Source of the DNA: Paraspadella gotoi
Lineage: Eukaryota > Animalia > Chaetognatha
Assembly (NCBI GenBank): GCA_051294375.1
Contig: CM119267.1
Coordinates: 25,245,783 to 25,309,782, forward strand
Length of the DNA: 64,000 nt
Reading direction: 5' to 3'
Part shown: positions 22,824-33,301 of the stretch, one piece after another
Layout: each line of letters begins with the position of its first letter
Position numbering within the stretch: the stretch's first letter is position 1
Notes under the pieces: model-generated
What the model was told of the DNA's origin: nothing
The model's database searches: none
Seen by the model: the letters and a program-made list of their open reading frames with translations, nothing else
Program-made: the position numbers and the translations under genes

Positions 22824-25046
22824 ATGAATAACCTCAGCAGCTTCCGGCACCGCGTCAAGGTGACCTTGAACGCGGAGAGGACGGAGGACGAGGTTCTCGC
22901 GGAACTGAGCTACCTAAAGAATCGCGTGGACCTCACGCACAACCTGGTTGCGCAACTCAACAAAAAACTGGAGAACTTCGTCCGCGACTACGGAAAAACA
23001 ACGGAGGAGAAAAAGCTGAAAAAAATCCCCGAGGAAATCGTCTCCGTCATCATGCGACAGTTTGGGCACAACCTCCTCAAGGAATTCCCCGACACGAGCA
23101 TCCTCGGCGACGTCGTCTCTAAATGCGGGGAGACCGAACACGAAATGGCTCAATTTCAGGCCAACTACGACGCGCGCTTGGAGCACAACGTTCTCCTTCC
23201 CCTGCAGACGATGATGGAGGACGACTACGACGCCATTCAGAAGAACATGAGGACGCTGCAAAATCTTGCCATGAAGGTCGACTTGGCCAAGTCCAAGTAC
23301 AAAGACTCTCAAGACAAACTCCACAAGTATTTCAAGACTCCCGTCGGAGATCCCGAGCGGGAGAGGGAGTTGCGCGAAAAATTGAGCCAAGCCGACGACG
23401 AAGTGGAGATGGCCACGCAGAACATGGAACAGTTTAAGGACACCGTCGCCACTAGCCTCCTCGCCTTCGTCAACAAGGAGACGGAGACCTCGGAAAAGCT
23501 TATGGATTTGCTCATAATTCAGAGAGACTATCACTACAGTTGCTATCGGCAAATCGACGAACTCCTACCAATTTTGAGGGACAGAATCAAGGACTACTCC
23601 CACAAACCCGTCTACGGTTTAGAGTTGAAGGAGCACCTTCGCGTCACCGGTCGAGAAATCGCCGTCCCGTTGGAAGAATGCTCGTCGGCCATTAGCGAGA
23701 TCGGGTTAGTCGAGGAAGGGCTCTTGAGAATTCCCGGGAGCAACTCTCGAATTAAGCGAATCATCGCCGCCTTCAATTATCCCGGCCAGGTGGACTGGGA
23801 CTACTTCTCCACGGACGTCCACAGCATCGGCGGCGCCTTGAAGCAATACTTCCGTGATTTGCCTGAGCCTTTGCTGACTTTTTCGCTCTACGACGCTTGG
23901 ATCGAATGCGCGCAGGAGCTACAATCTCGGACGAGCGACGACGGGGTCTTCGATCCGACCCCGCTGGTCGCGCTGCTTGAGAAACTCCCGCGATCCAACT
24001 TCGTCAATCTTCGTTATCTCGTCAAGTTCCTCGTCGAAGTCTCAAAATCCTCTGACGTGAACAAGATGACCCCGACCAACTTGGCCATCGTCATGGGTGG
24101 GAATCTGTTGTGGCGCAACGTGGAAGATGCGTCGGCGCTTCGTCACACGCCTTTGAAGAATCTCCTAGTCGAGACCTTCATCTCTCATCACGAAAAACTC
24201 TTTCCAGATTTCAAGTTTTCCCCCAATCGACTCCTCAAGCATGAGACCTTGGGAGAGACCATCCCACCGTCAAACGCGCCGTCCGCCTTAGGAGTTTCCG
24301 CCTTGATTCTCGGCGCTCCCGCAAATCACTCCAATTCTGCTGGTCCTCTGGAGAGAGAAAGCTCCCCTTTTCTCGGTGGGCCGGGGCGGGAAGCCTCCCC
24401 ATCCACCAACTCCGCGCGAGGAGTGAAGGCTGCGGGTTCCGATGGAGCGAAGCCTAACGATAATCTCTATCCGAATTTGCTGAAACCGATGGGGACGCTG
24501 CCGCGCAAGAGTGTCAAGCAAAGGCCCGCGCCGCACCCTGGTTCTCAAGATTCCCGTCCGCTATCCGGCCCGCCGAATTTTCCGCCGCCGAGTCTTCCGC
24601 TGGCTAAAAAGGCGGCAGAGGCAGAAAACTCCGCGCCCGCCGTGCCCGCCGTGCAGGCCTCGCACGCCGCACCAGTCTCGCCCGCCATTTCTATAGTCAA
24701 TGGAGTCGATACTGCTGAAATTTCCTTGGTTGTCGGCGATGCACCGGACGGCGTCGCCCCACCCGCTGCAGCAGCAGAACCCGCTCCTCAGCCGCGGCCT
24801 CGAAAGCTGCCGCCGACGGGTGAGAAGCCGCCCGTCGCTCGAGAAGCCAAGCCCGCGCTCCCCGTAGAATCGACGCCGTCTGATTCGATTCGACCTCCGC
24901 GTCCAGCATCCAAACCACCGCTTGCTTCTAACGCTGACAAATCGCCTCAACCCGGCGGCAGGCCGCCACCGAGGCCCATGAGCGGACCGCCTCCGCCCCC
25001 ACCGAACAAGCCATCCAACAATGAGGATGCATTCACTCATTTGTAA
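22824..25046 (+). CDS. BAR + RhoGAP protein (ARHGAP17/ARHGAP44/SH3BP1 family), intronless
   Basis: N-BAR (AERTEDEVLAEL...), KPVYGLELKEHLRVTGREIA, EEGLLRIPG arginine finger, LKQYFRDLPEPLLT, NKMTPTNLAIV, Pro-rich tail. Confidence 0.92.
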   Translation: MNNLSSFRHRVKVTLNAERTEDEVLAELSYLKNRVDLTHNLVAQLNKKLENFVRDYGKTTEEKKLKKIPEEIVSVIMRQFGHNLLKEFPDTSILGDVVSKCGETEHEMAQFQANYDARLEHNVLLPLQTMMEDDYDAIQKNMRTLQNLAMKVDLAKSKYKDSQDKLHKYFKTPVGDPERERELREKLSQADDEVEMATQNMEQFKDTVATSLLAFVNKETETSEKLMDLLIIQRDYHYSCYRQIDELLPILRDRIKDYSHKPVYGLELKEHLRVTGREIAVPLEECSSAISEIGLVEEGLLRIPGSNSRIKRIIAAFNYPGQVDWDYFSTDVHSIGGALKQYFRDLPEPLLTFSLYDAWIECAQELQSRTSDDGVFDPTPLVALLEKLPRSNFVNLRYLVKFLVEVSKSSDVNKMTPTNLAIVMGGNLLWRNVEDASALRHTPLKNLLVETFISHHEKLFPDFKFSPNRLLKHETLGETIPPSNAPSALGVSALILGAPANHSNSAGPLERESSPFLGGPGREASPSTNSARGVKAAGSDGAKPNDNLYPNLLKPMGTLPRKSVKQRPAPHPGSQDSRPLSGPPNFPPPSLPLAKKAAEAENSAPAVPAVQASHAAPVSPAISIVNGVDTAEISLVVGDAPDGVAPPAAAAEPAPQPRPRKLPPTGEKPPVAREAKPALPVESTPSDSIRPPRPASKPPLASNADKSPQPGGRPPPRPMSGPPPPPPNKPSNNEDAFTHL

Positions 25047-25947
25047 CTCTCTCTCTCTCTCTCTCTCTCTCGATTAAATATATAAGAACTTAAAAGGTTC
25101 TAATCATAAAAATAAATAAAAATGATCTGTTCTTACGTATTGTTAATCATATCGTTGCGATTTTTTTCAACAGAGTTTCAGTTTACGCCTATAATTTTCA
25201 ATTTTATTTTGCCTCAGTATTGTCTTCAAGTCAAAAAGATGCGTTTAATAATAATTACTGAAACATCTCAAGAAGTAAATAAAATGTTATTAGACATTCG
25301 TTTTTCTTCGGTTGTTACAAGCTTGATGTCTACCAAGAGTTTATTAGCCATTAGTTATTAAATACAAAGGTGACTGGGTGAAAATTACATAAAATTATTG
25401 GTATTGTGGCAAAGATTATTTCTCAAGCAACTCGCTACAGTGTGAAGGACTCTGCTTTCTGAAATTATTTTTTTTATTTTTTTAACTTAACGGCTTGCAA
25501 GTTTTAACTAAAAGAACAATAATATAGTCTCCCAACCTACTATATGTATTTTTCGTTTATGAAATGTAATAAATTAATTAATTCTTGCTACTATAAGAGA
25601 GAGCGTTAAAGTAACGGTGAAATTTTAGAGAAATAATTAGTCAACCAATATAAAATGCTAAGATGTTTTTCTCCTGCCCAGAGAATTGAGTTTTGTCTAA
25701 ATCTCACTGGTCTTTGTGACGATCGCAAGCTGATTCCTTTTTATCTTATACTATTTGGACAGAGCGTTTAATCCAGGGCGATCCCTCGTCCCCCGTTATT
25801 CCGCTTTGTTTCATTGTAACGCTGATTTAGTTTTCTTTTTTTTTTCTAAATCGCTTTTTCGTTGGTGATTTTTTTTTTTTTTTATTTATTGGGTTTTGAA
25901 ATTTTACTTGGCACTTTCAATCTCCGCAGTAGAAAAGAAAAAAGGAA

Positions 25948-27579
25948 ATGAGCGGCGATCGTCGTTATTCTATCGTCGAGTATTTCGATGAACACGAGGG
26001 CTACCGTTGCGGTTACTGCAAAAGCCCCGATGGCAACTTCTCTCAAGGCATGTGGGCCCACGCCTTGACCTGTGGAGACTATCAGGACCTAATCGACCGA
26101 GGCTGGAGACGGAGCGGAAAGTATTGCTATAAGCCTCTTCTTGGCGTCATGTGCTGCCCCTCCTACACGGTAATGTGCGAGGCCATAGAGTTCCGACCCA
26201 CCAAGTCGCAGAAGAAAGTCTTGAAGGTTTTCAACCGATTCTTGGCGACCGGAGAGAAGAAAACCAAGTCCGAATCCTCCAGCGACCAAGTCATGCAGAC
26301 TCCGGAACCCCGTCAAGCTACCGTCCAGTCGCCAACTCGCCTCAACCTGTCTACGCGGCCGGTACCGAAAAAGGGAATGGGACCGGATCCCTCCAAGCCT
26401 CGGCCGGTCAAGGCAAAATCATTGAGGCGAGAGAGATGGAAATTAAAAGCTTCCGGATCTTCGTTGCAGTCGGCCGAATTTCCGTCTTTGTCTGCCGGAT
26501 CTTCATCTTTACTAGCCGAATCTTCATCTCTGTCGGTCGAATCTCCGTCTTTGGTGGGTGGAACCTCATCCTTGCGGGTTGAATCATTGTCGCAGTCGTC
26601 CGAATCTCCGTCTTTGTCGGCCGGTTCCTCGTCGCAGTCGGAAGGATCTTTAAAACTTACGGCTGGATCATCGGCCGAGTATACGAAAAAAGGAGGCGGA
26701 TTCGAAAAAACTTTAATCGATCTCATCTCGGATGGAGAGAGACTGAAAGATCCCAAAGTCAAGTTTGAATTGAAACTGGTTCGATCCCATCCTCCATCCG
26801 AGGAGTTTAGATCTTCCTTTCAAGAGTCTTATCAATTGTATAAAAAGTATCAGATGAAGATACATGACGATCCGCCGGACAAGTGCACCGAGAAACAGGT
26901 GTTTAACAGTGAAGTGAAGTGAAGTGAAAACAAACAAAGAGTTTGCTAATATTTTTATGAATTTCAGTATCAACGTTTCCTGTGCGACTCTCCTCTCATC
27001 TCGAGCGATTCCGGCGGCGAGCATCCGTTCGGCTCCTATCATCAACAGTACTATTTTGACGATCGTCTCGTCGCCGTCGGTGTGGTGGACATTTTGCCCG
27101 CTTGCGTCTCCTCCGTTTATCTCTATTACGACCCTGACTTTGACTTCCTCACCCTCGGCACGTTGTCCGCCCTTCGCGAGATTCGCTTCGCTCAGACACT
27201 CTCCTCGACGATCCCTTCCTTGCGTCGCTACTACATGGGGTTCTATATTCACTCTTGTCCTAAAATGAGGTACAAGGGTTCCTATTCTCCTTCTTTCTTA
27301 CTCTGCCCCGAGAAGTACAGGTGGCACCCGATCGAGCGATGCGTCCAGAAACTCGACGCGACAAAGTATTCTCGGTTTGAGGACGAGGAGACCGCGCCGG
27401 CCAATACTTTCGACGGGGAACTCGACCAGGTGTTGGTCCTGCACGAGGGTTTCCCCATGAACTACGGGACATATCGTGCATTTCGACCCGACGCTGGAGA
27501 CGAAGAGGAAGTCAGAGGCTACGCAGAATACGTGGGGAAATGCGCAGAGTCGATGCTGCTTTATCGCGGGAAAAATTGA
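25948..27579 (+). CDS. ATE1: Arginyl-tRNA--protein transferase 1, 2 exons: 25948-26898, 26968-27579
   Basis: YRCGYCKS, YQDLIDRGWRRSGKYCYKP, CCPSYT, GSYHQQY, VDILPACVSSVYLYYDPD, YYMGFYIHSCPKMRYKG. Confidence 0.96.
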
Positions 27580-27815
27580 GGCCATCGAATTAATCCGGTG
27601 CAGTCAATCAAAAAAAGAACAATCTGCGCCATGTCTTGTGTTGCTTTGTCTTTCGACGAAGCAAAAACAATGTTACTTGGTGCTTTTTTTTTTTTTTTTT
27701 TCATTCAGTCACTGTGACGAAGTTTTTAAATCTTTTAAATGGTTTTTTCTTTAAAAGTTTTTCTCGTGATCAAGCCCTTATATTTATTAGTTTTTGTTTC
27801 CATAGTAACAACACA

Positions 27816-30797
27816 ATGGCCGCCCATTTAAAAAAGAGGGCCTTGGCGGAGTACGGAAACGGCTCCCCCACAGAAACTCTCGCTCCAACCCCGAAAAGTT
27901 CAGAAACACAACCAGCGACGACCAAACGTCTCAAACTGATTTGGAAGCCGCAGTGGTCTCTATTAAAGGATCAACGACCGCCGGCGATCACATTTTTGGA
28001 GCGGTTGACCTCTCCCTCTCTCCCACCCTCGCAGGACGTCATGCAGATTCTCATGGAGTTTGCCAACGCGTTTCCAGTGGCCGCGGCTCAAGTCGCTCCT
28101 TGCGTCGCGGTCCTGATCGAAGTCTTCGCCAAAGAGAAGGATCCTACTGTCCGTGTCAAAATCTGTCTCGTCCTCGGCGAGCTTAGCCTCGTTCCCTCCC
28201 AAACCGCAGCCAAGAATCTCGTGGGAGAATTCAAGAAGATGATGGCCACCGAGGCCTCCCACAAGGTGAAAGCTCAGCTCTTGACGACTCTGGCGCTAAT
28301 ATGCAAGAATCATCAAAGAGAACACGCTGTGGTCGGAGCCGCCTTCGAACTGGCTAAAAACTCTGTCAAAGATACTAATCATCACGTTCGTCGAACCGGC
28401 TTAATGGTCTTGGGAGAAGCGTGTTCGCGCGGCGCTGGCACCGCTCAAAAGCAGACGGCCGCAGAGGCGCAGCGCATTATCGTCAATTTTACGCAGGATT
28501 CGGACGCTCGAGTGCGGACCGGCGCCTTCGTCGCGCTGTTGACTATGCATCGCCGCGGCGTGGCGTTGGAGCGGAGCTTGTACGAACCCGTCTGCGCGGC
28601 GCTTAACGACGAGAACGAGGGCGTGAGGGTCGCGGCCGCCGAACTCGTCTGGGTCTTGTGTCAAGTCTTCCCGGAAAGCCCCTTCGTGTGCTCGGACTCG
28701 AAGGAAGAGCTGCGACTCGTGGACGACGGGTTCGGGAAGCTCTGCTCCCTCGTCGGGGACGTCAGCATGGTAGTGCGGGCCAAGGCCGCAGGACTCTTGG
28801 GTTCGATTCATCTTGTTTCGCAAAGATTCTTGGATCAAACTCTGGACAAAAAGCTTATGTCTAACATGAGGAGGAAAGAGTCCCTTCACGAGAGGAACAA
28901 GCAAATGTACGCCAGCGGCGAGTGGGCCTCCGGCAACAAGTGGGCCTCGGACGCGCCAAAGGATCTCATCAAAGCCGAAACTCTTAGCGTCATCAGCCTC
29001 GGTGCCTGCGGCGCTTTCGTCCACGGCTTGGAGGACGAATTCTTAGAGGTGCGCTCGGCAGCGTTGGACTCGATCTGCGAGTTGGCTTCAAACTCGGCGC
29101 GGTTTGCGACTCTGTCGATGGACTTTCTCGTCGACATGTTGAACGACGAGATCGAAGGGATTCGCCTAAACGCCATCTTTTCATTGCGAAAAATCAGCCG
29201 CCACATCGTTTTTCGCGACGACCAGTTGGACACAGTTCTCTCCATCGTCGACGACGCCGCTTTCGAAGTGCGTGAGGGGCTTCATGCACTATTGGCCGCC
29301 GGTTCCATCGCTACAAAGAACGGACTCATGACTTCCGTGCTGCGCCTCTTACGCAATCTCTGCAAATATCCTCAAGACCGAGAGTCCATATGGAAATGTT
29401 TTCATCACCTGGGTGCGAATCACCCGACGCTCGTATTGTCTCTCGTCAACGAACTTTTGAGCACCCACGCCTACTTCGATACTCCGGAACCCAACATGGA
29501 CGATCCTGCCTACATCTCGGTTCTCATTCTCGTTTTCAATGCCGCCGCGCAAACGCCCACCATCGTTCCTCATTTTCCCGATCACACAGTCGGTCACTAC
29601 TCTTTCATTCGCGCCCTAATTCCGGATATCGTCCCACATTTGCCCGCTCTTAGTCCGTCGAGCTCCCATGTTGAAAACGCTGAGCAGGAGGCGTCGCAGA
29701 ACCTTTCTAGTTTCTTGCGTTCGACGCTTGACAAGATTTCGGAAGTGGCCAACCTAGAATCCGGCCAGCGTCGCCACGGCCTCGTCCAAATGCTCGTTCG
29801 CGACTTGGAGAGGGTCGCCTCGGTGGACGCCGATCTTTCGGCGACCGCGAAATGCGTGGCCACTTTTCACAGGGTTCAGATGCAGCTTGAACAAGCGCAG
29901 CTGTCTGGCGGCGTCGGGACAATAGCCGGCGCGAAAACCGATCCGCAGTCTAGTCGTTCAGAGAGTGATCGGGCCAGCGTCGTCGACGAGGCCGTCCTCA
30001 TCACCTCGCATTTGGATAAAAAGTTTTTGGGTCTCGGAACTCAAGATCGCGTGACCATTCATTGTCTTCATCTTCGCGCCAAATCCCTGCAAATGATCGC
30101 CGCCGGATCGCAGACTGACAACAAACTTCAAGCGTTTCGACTCTGCGAGCAATACGTAAAGCAGTTGGAAATACTCCAAATCTATTTGGAAAACGCGAAC
30201 GGATCCGCGGAAATCGACTCGGCCACGGAACAGATCATTCGGGCGCACTCGACGAATCAGTTGGACCCAAACAATCCGAGCGCGCTCGTCAAGTTCCTCC
30301 AGCCTCTATTCAGCGCCTCGTCGTCGTTATTACGCCTCGATCCCTGGAACAATTTGAGAGCGGCCAAAGCGGTCATCACGTCGCCCGGTCCCAGCGCCGC
30401 CGAAAACGCGCTGAAATTCGCCTCGGGAATGGGAACCTCCGTCCAAGTGCAAGCTACGCTCGAGAACGTGCGCGACGTGCACTCGATTCGGGTGCGCGTG
30501 CGTTATCCCGACCTCCAGACGCAGTTCAGTTGTCCCAATGTGACTTACGACTTTAAAAAGAAAGGACCTTTGACGTATAGACTCGTGACGAAGGTGGTTT
30601 TAACTCATGGCCAGTGGTCGGAGCCGTGTCCCGTCGAGTTGTCTATCGTCTATTGTCAAACGGACAAGGAAACTATTAATTCTGGCGGCGGCGGAAGCGG
30701 CGGCGGGAGAGCGATTGCGTCGACAGCAACGGAAGTGATCGAATTGTCAAAACCAGTCAACGTTCTTCTTAACCCGAAATCGAGCATTTTGTTTTGA
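27816..30797 (+). CDS. INTS4: Integrator complex subunit 4, intronless
   Basis: MAAHLKKRALAEY, LRLVDDGFGKLC, FLDQTLDKKLMSNMRRK, SGEWASGNKWASDAP, GACGAFVHGLEDEF, DFLVDMLNDEIEGIRL. Confidence 0.96.
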   Translation: MAAHLKKRALAEYGNGSPTETLAPTPKSSETQPATTKRLKLIWKPQWSLLKDQRPPAITFLERLTSPSLPPSQDVMQILMEFANAFPVAAAQVAPCVAVLIEVFAKEKDPTVRVKICLVLGELSLVPSQTAAKNLVGEFKKMMATEASHKVKAQLLTTLALICKNHQREHAVVGAAFELAKNSVKDTNHHVRRTGLMVLGEACSRGAGTAQKQTAAEAQRIIVNFTQDSDARVRTGAFVALLTMHRRGVALERSLYEPVCAALNDENEGVRVAAAELVWVLCQVFPESPFVCSDSKEELRLVDDGFGKLCSLVGDVSMVVRAKAAGLLGSIHLVSQRFLDQTLDKKLMSNMRRKESLHERNKQMYASGEWASGNKWASDAPKDLIKAETLSVISLGACGAFVHGLEDEFLEVRSAALDSICELASNSARFATLSMDFLVDMLNDEIEGIRLNAIFSLRKISRHIVFRDDQLDTVLSIVDDAAFEVREGLHALLAAGSIATKNGLMTSVLRLLRNLCKYPQDRESIWKCFHHLGANHPTLVLSLVNELLSTHAYFDTPEPNMDDPAYISVLILVFNAAAQTPTIVPHFPDHTVGHYSFIRALIPDIVPHLPALSPSSSHVENAEQEASQNLSSFLRSTLDKISEVANLESGQRRHGLVQMLVRDLERVASVDADLSATAKCVATFHRVQMQLEQAQLSGGVGTIAGAKTDPQSSRSESDRASVVDEAVLITSHLDKKFLGLGTQDRVTIHCLHLRAKSLQMIAAGSQTDNKLQAFRLCEQYVKQLEILQIYLENANGSAEIDSATEQIIRAHSTNQLDPNNPSALVKFLQPLFSASSSLLRLDPWNNLRAAKAVITSPGPSAAENALKFASGMGTSVQVQATLENVRDVHSIRVRVRYPDLQTQFSCPNVTYDFKKKGPLTYRLVTKVVLTHGQWSEPCPVELSIVYCQTDKETINSGGGGSGGGRAIASTATEVIELSKPVNVLLNPKSSILF

Positions 30798-30928
30798 AAC
30801 ATTTTTCACTTCGTATTTAATTATTTTTTTTCGGTTTAAGTATTTTTTTATTGTAGTTTTTTGTTTGACTTACACGAAACTATGTCCTAACAGTTGTTGG
30901 CCAAAGAGAAGACTCGGATCGTAAGTCC

Positions 30929-32770
30929 ATGACGTCGCCTTTGTCGGCAGAAGGTCCGGCGTCGTCGACGCGGTCTCGGAGCGACTCGTCGTCCTCCTTT
31001 GACGAGGAGAGTCTCGATCCTCGCGTCCAGATCGAACTGGAGAAACTCAATTTGGCCACCGACGCCATCAACCGACTCGAGCTGGAACTCGACGACTCAC
31101 GCGGCTCCTTTCGTCTGCTGCTCAACGAATCCACCCTTAAGCTCAACGCCCTCGCCAGGAAACTCGGCGGTTGCATAGACAAGGCACGCCCCTACTACGA
31201 CGCGAGGATGAAATGCAAGGAGGCGCAGACGGAGACGCAGAAGGCGGCCATTCGCTTCGAGCGCGCCAATAGTATGCACGTTGCCGCCAAGGAGATGGTG
31301 AGTTCATAGTATTAAGAATAAAGACTCTTTACAAATTTTGTTTTATATGTAGAACATCAATTGTTTATTAGGTAATATGCGAAATTTTCTATATGTAATT
31401 ATTATATTATTTATCTCACTTTTATTTTGTCTTTAGGTGGCCCTGGCCGAGCAAGGATTAGCCCGTCAGGGTCGCGGGGGCTTCGACCCGGCGTGGCAAG
31501 AGATGCTTAATCACTCTACCATAAAAGTTAACGAGGCAGAGCAGGAGCGAATCGCCAGCGAGTCCAACCACAAACTCGCCAGTCAACTCTATCAAGAGGC
31601 CGAGCAACGTGTCAAGTATCTCCAGAAGGATCTCAAGCGAAACATCGCCAAATCCAGGCCTTATTTCGAAACCAAGGCCAGGTTCAACCAGGTCGGGATT
31701 TAAATTTTGTTCATCTTAGATGTCCACATTGTCCTTTTTTTAATTAACTTATCTTTACAATCAACTCAGTTGATGGAGGAACAAAAATCTCGCGTCACCA
31801 AACTCGAGGAGCAAGTTTTACAAACGAAGAAACTCTACGCCGAGTCCCTTCGTAATCTCGAGCAAATATCAGACGAAATTCATCAGCAGCGCGAGGAGCA
31901 GCGAATGATCCGGTCCTTGGGAAGCCGCGGGTCCGGCGTCGGTGCCGAGACTCCGGATCCTCCCCATAAAGTGGAGACACCCTCGCCCGATCGTTCCAAG
32001 TATCCCTTCAAGCTTCATTCGCCTTCCGAGGCCGATTCTCCAAAAACCGCGGCCGCGGTGTCAAGCCCGAGATTTCCCTACAACCCCCGGAATCGGACGA
32101 GGAGTTGGAGCTCGCCACCGTCGACCTCAACGATATTCGCGAAAGTCTTAAGGAAATAAAAGAAAGTCTGAGCGCCTGCACGACCCCCGAGCGGGGCGCC
32201 AGCCCTATTCCTCAAGAGACAGTCGACGAGGGCGAGGAAGGGGCGGTTAAAGCGCCGGCGATAGTTCCGTCCAGTCCCTCTTCTTTCCGGGGCCTCAGTA
32301 GCGGAACCAGCGAGGGGAATCTCCTCGCCTCGGCCGCCGCGGGCGTCGGAGTCACCACTCGCAGCGCCTCGTTCACGTTCCGCTCGGGCGGGGCCTCTTT
32401 GACTCGTCCCTCTACTGCCATGAGTCGAGCCAGCTCCGCCGACGATCTTGACTCAGAGGCGGGGAGTTTGGCCTCGGTGGAGATGCTTGGCGACCAACAG
32501 ATCGAGATGCTCATGATCGACGATCAGATTCGATCGCAGGAGGCCGTCGCCTCGCGGTCTGACGTCAGTGGGGAAGAGTTCGAAGGCGCTGGCGAGGGTC
32601 TCACAAAAAGGGAGAGAGAATTGAATCAAGTGTTGAGAAGCATCTCGTTGAAGCATTCCGTGTCTATGGAGAAACTGCAGTCGATCGCGCTCAACATCAA
32701 AGAGACGAGCAAAAAGCCCATCATCAATTCGAAAAACGGAAATGATTTCTTCGACTTGGGATCTCCTTAG
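30929..32770 (+). CDS. SH3BP5: SH3BP5/parcas Rab11 GEF; exons 30929-31297, 31437-31691, 31770-32770 with an apparent -1 frame discontinuity near 32085
   Basis: LDPRVQIELEKLN, IDKARPYYDAR, AAKEMVALAEQ, FDPAWQEMLNHST, IAKSRPYFE, YAESLRNLEQISDEIH, RGSGVGAE. Confidence 0.93.
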
Positions 32771-33301
32771 CTTCGCACTTTTTTTTTGTTGGTTCTTTTT
32801 TTTTTTTTTTTTTTTGTGATATCCTCGTTTTCACTTAAGAGGAATTTATTTAATTATATGATAATTATCTTCTCATTTTACAGATTCTTAACGCTCCTTC
32901 GATGAGAGCCTCTCCTTTATTATAGGCAAAATATAATTTTATGTTATACACGATATGTGTCGTGACGAAACGCGACAATAATTTTTTTTTTCGTAATTAG
33001 CATCCACCTTTATACAAATATGTTGCTGCGATTATTTATGATACGCCACACGCTTCAGCGCAAACGTGTATATCGTTCTCGAATTTTTCATAACCTAATT
33101 TTTCTAGTCTTACTTGTATGCTTGAAATATTCGTCGTTATCCCAGTTTTTGCCAAGTTACGTACCGAGTATCAGTTGCCTTAATATATAACGTTTTTTAT
33201 GGTAATAAGTTTGGCTAATTTCATTCGATTCGATATTTTTGTCCAGAATTTAAATTCGCCCTGTATAATTTCTACAACCGGCGCTCACTTCGGCTGTCTT
33301 C

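Noticed and set aside
27636-27815. 60-aa N-terminal extension of INTS4 in the ORF track (similarly 14803-14907 for PSMG4)
   Set aside because: Non-ATG starts in T-rich intergenic sequence; the conserved proteins begin at ATG 27816 and ATG 14908.
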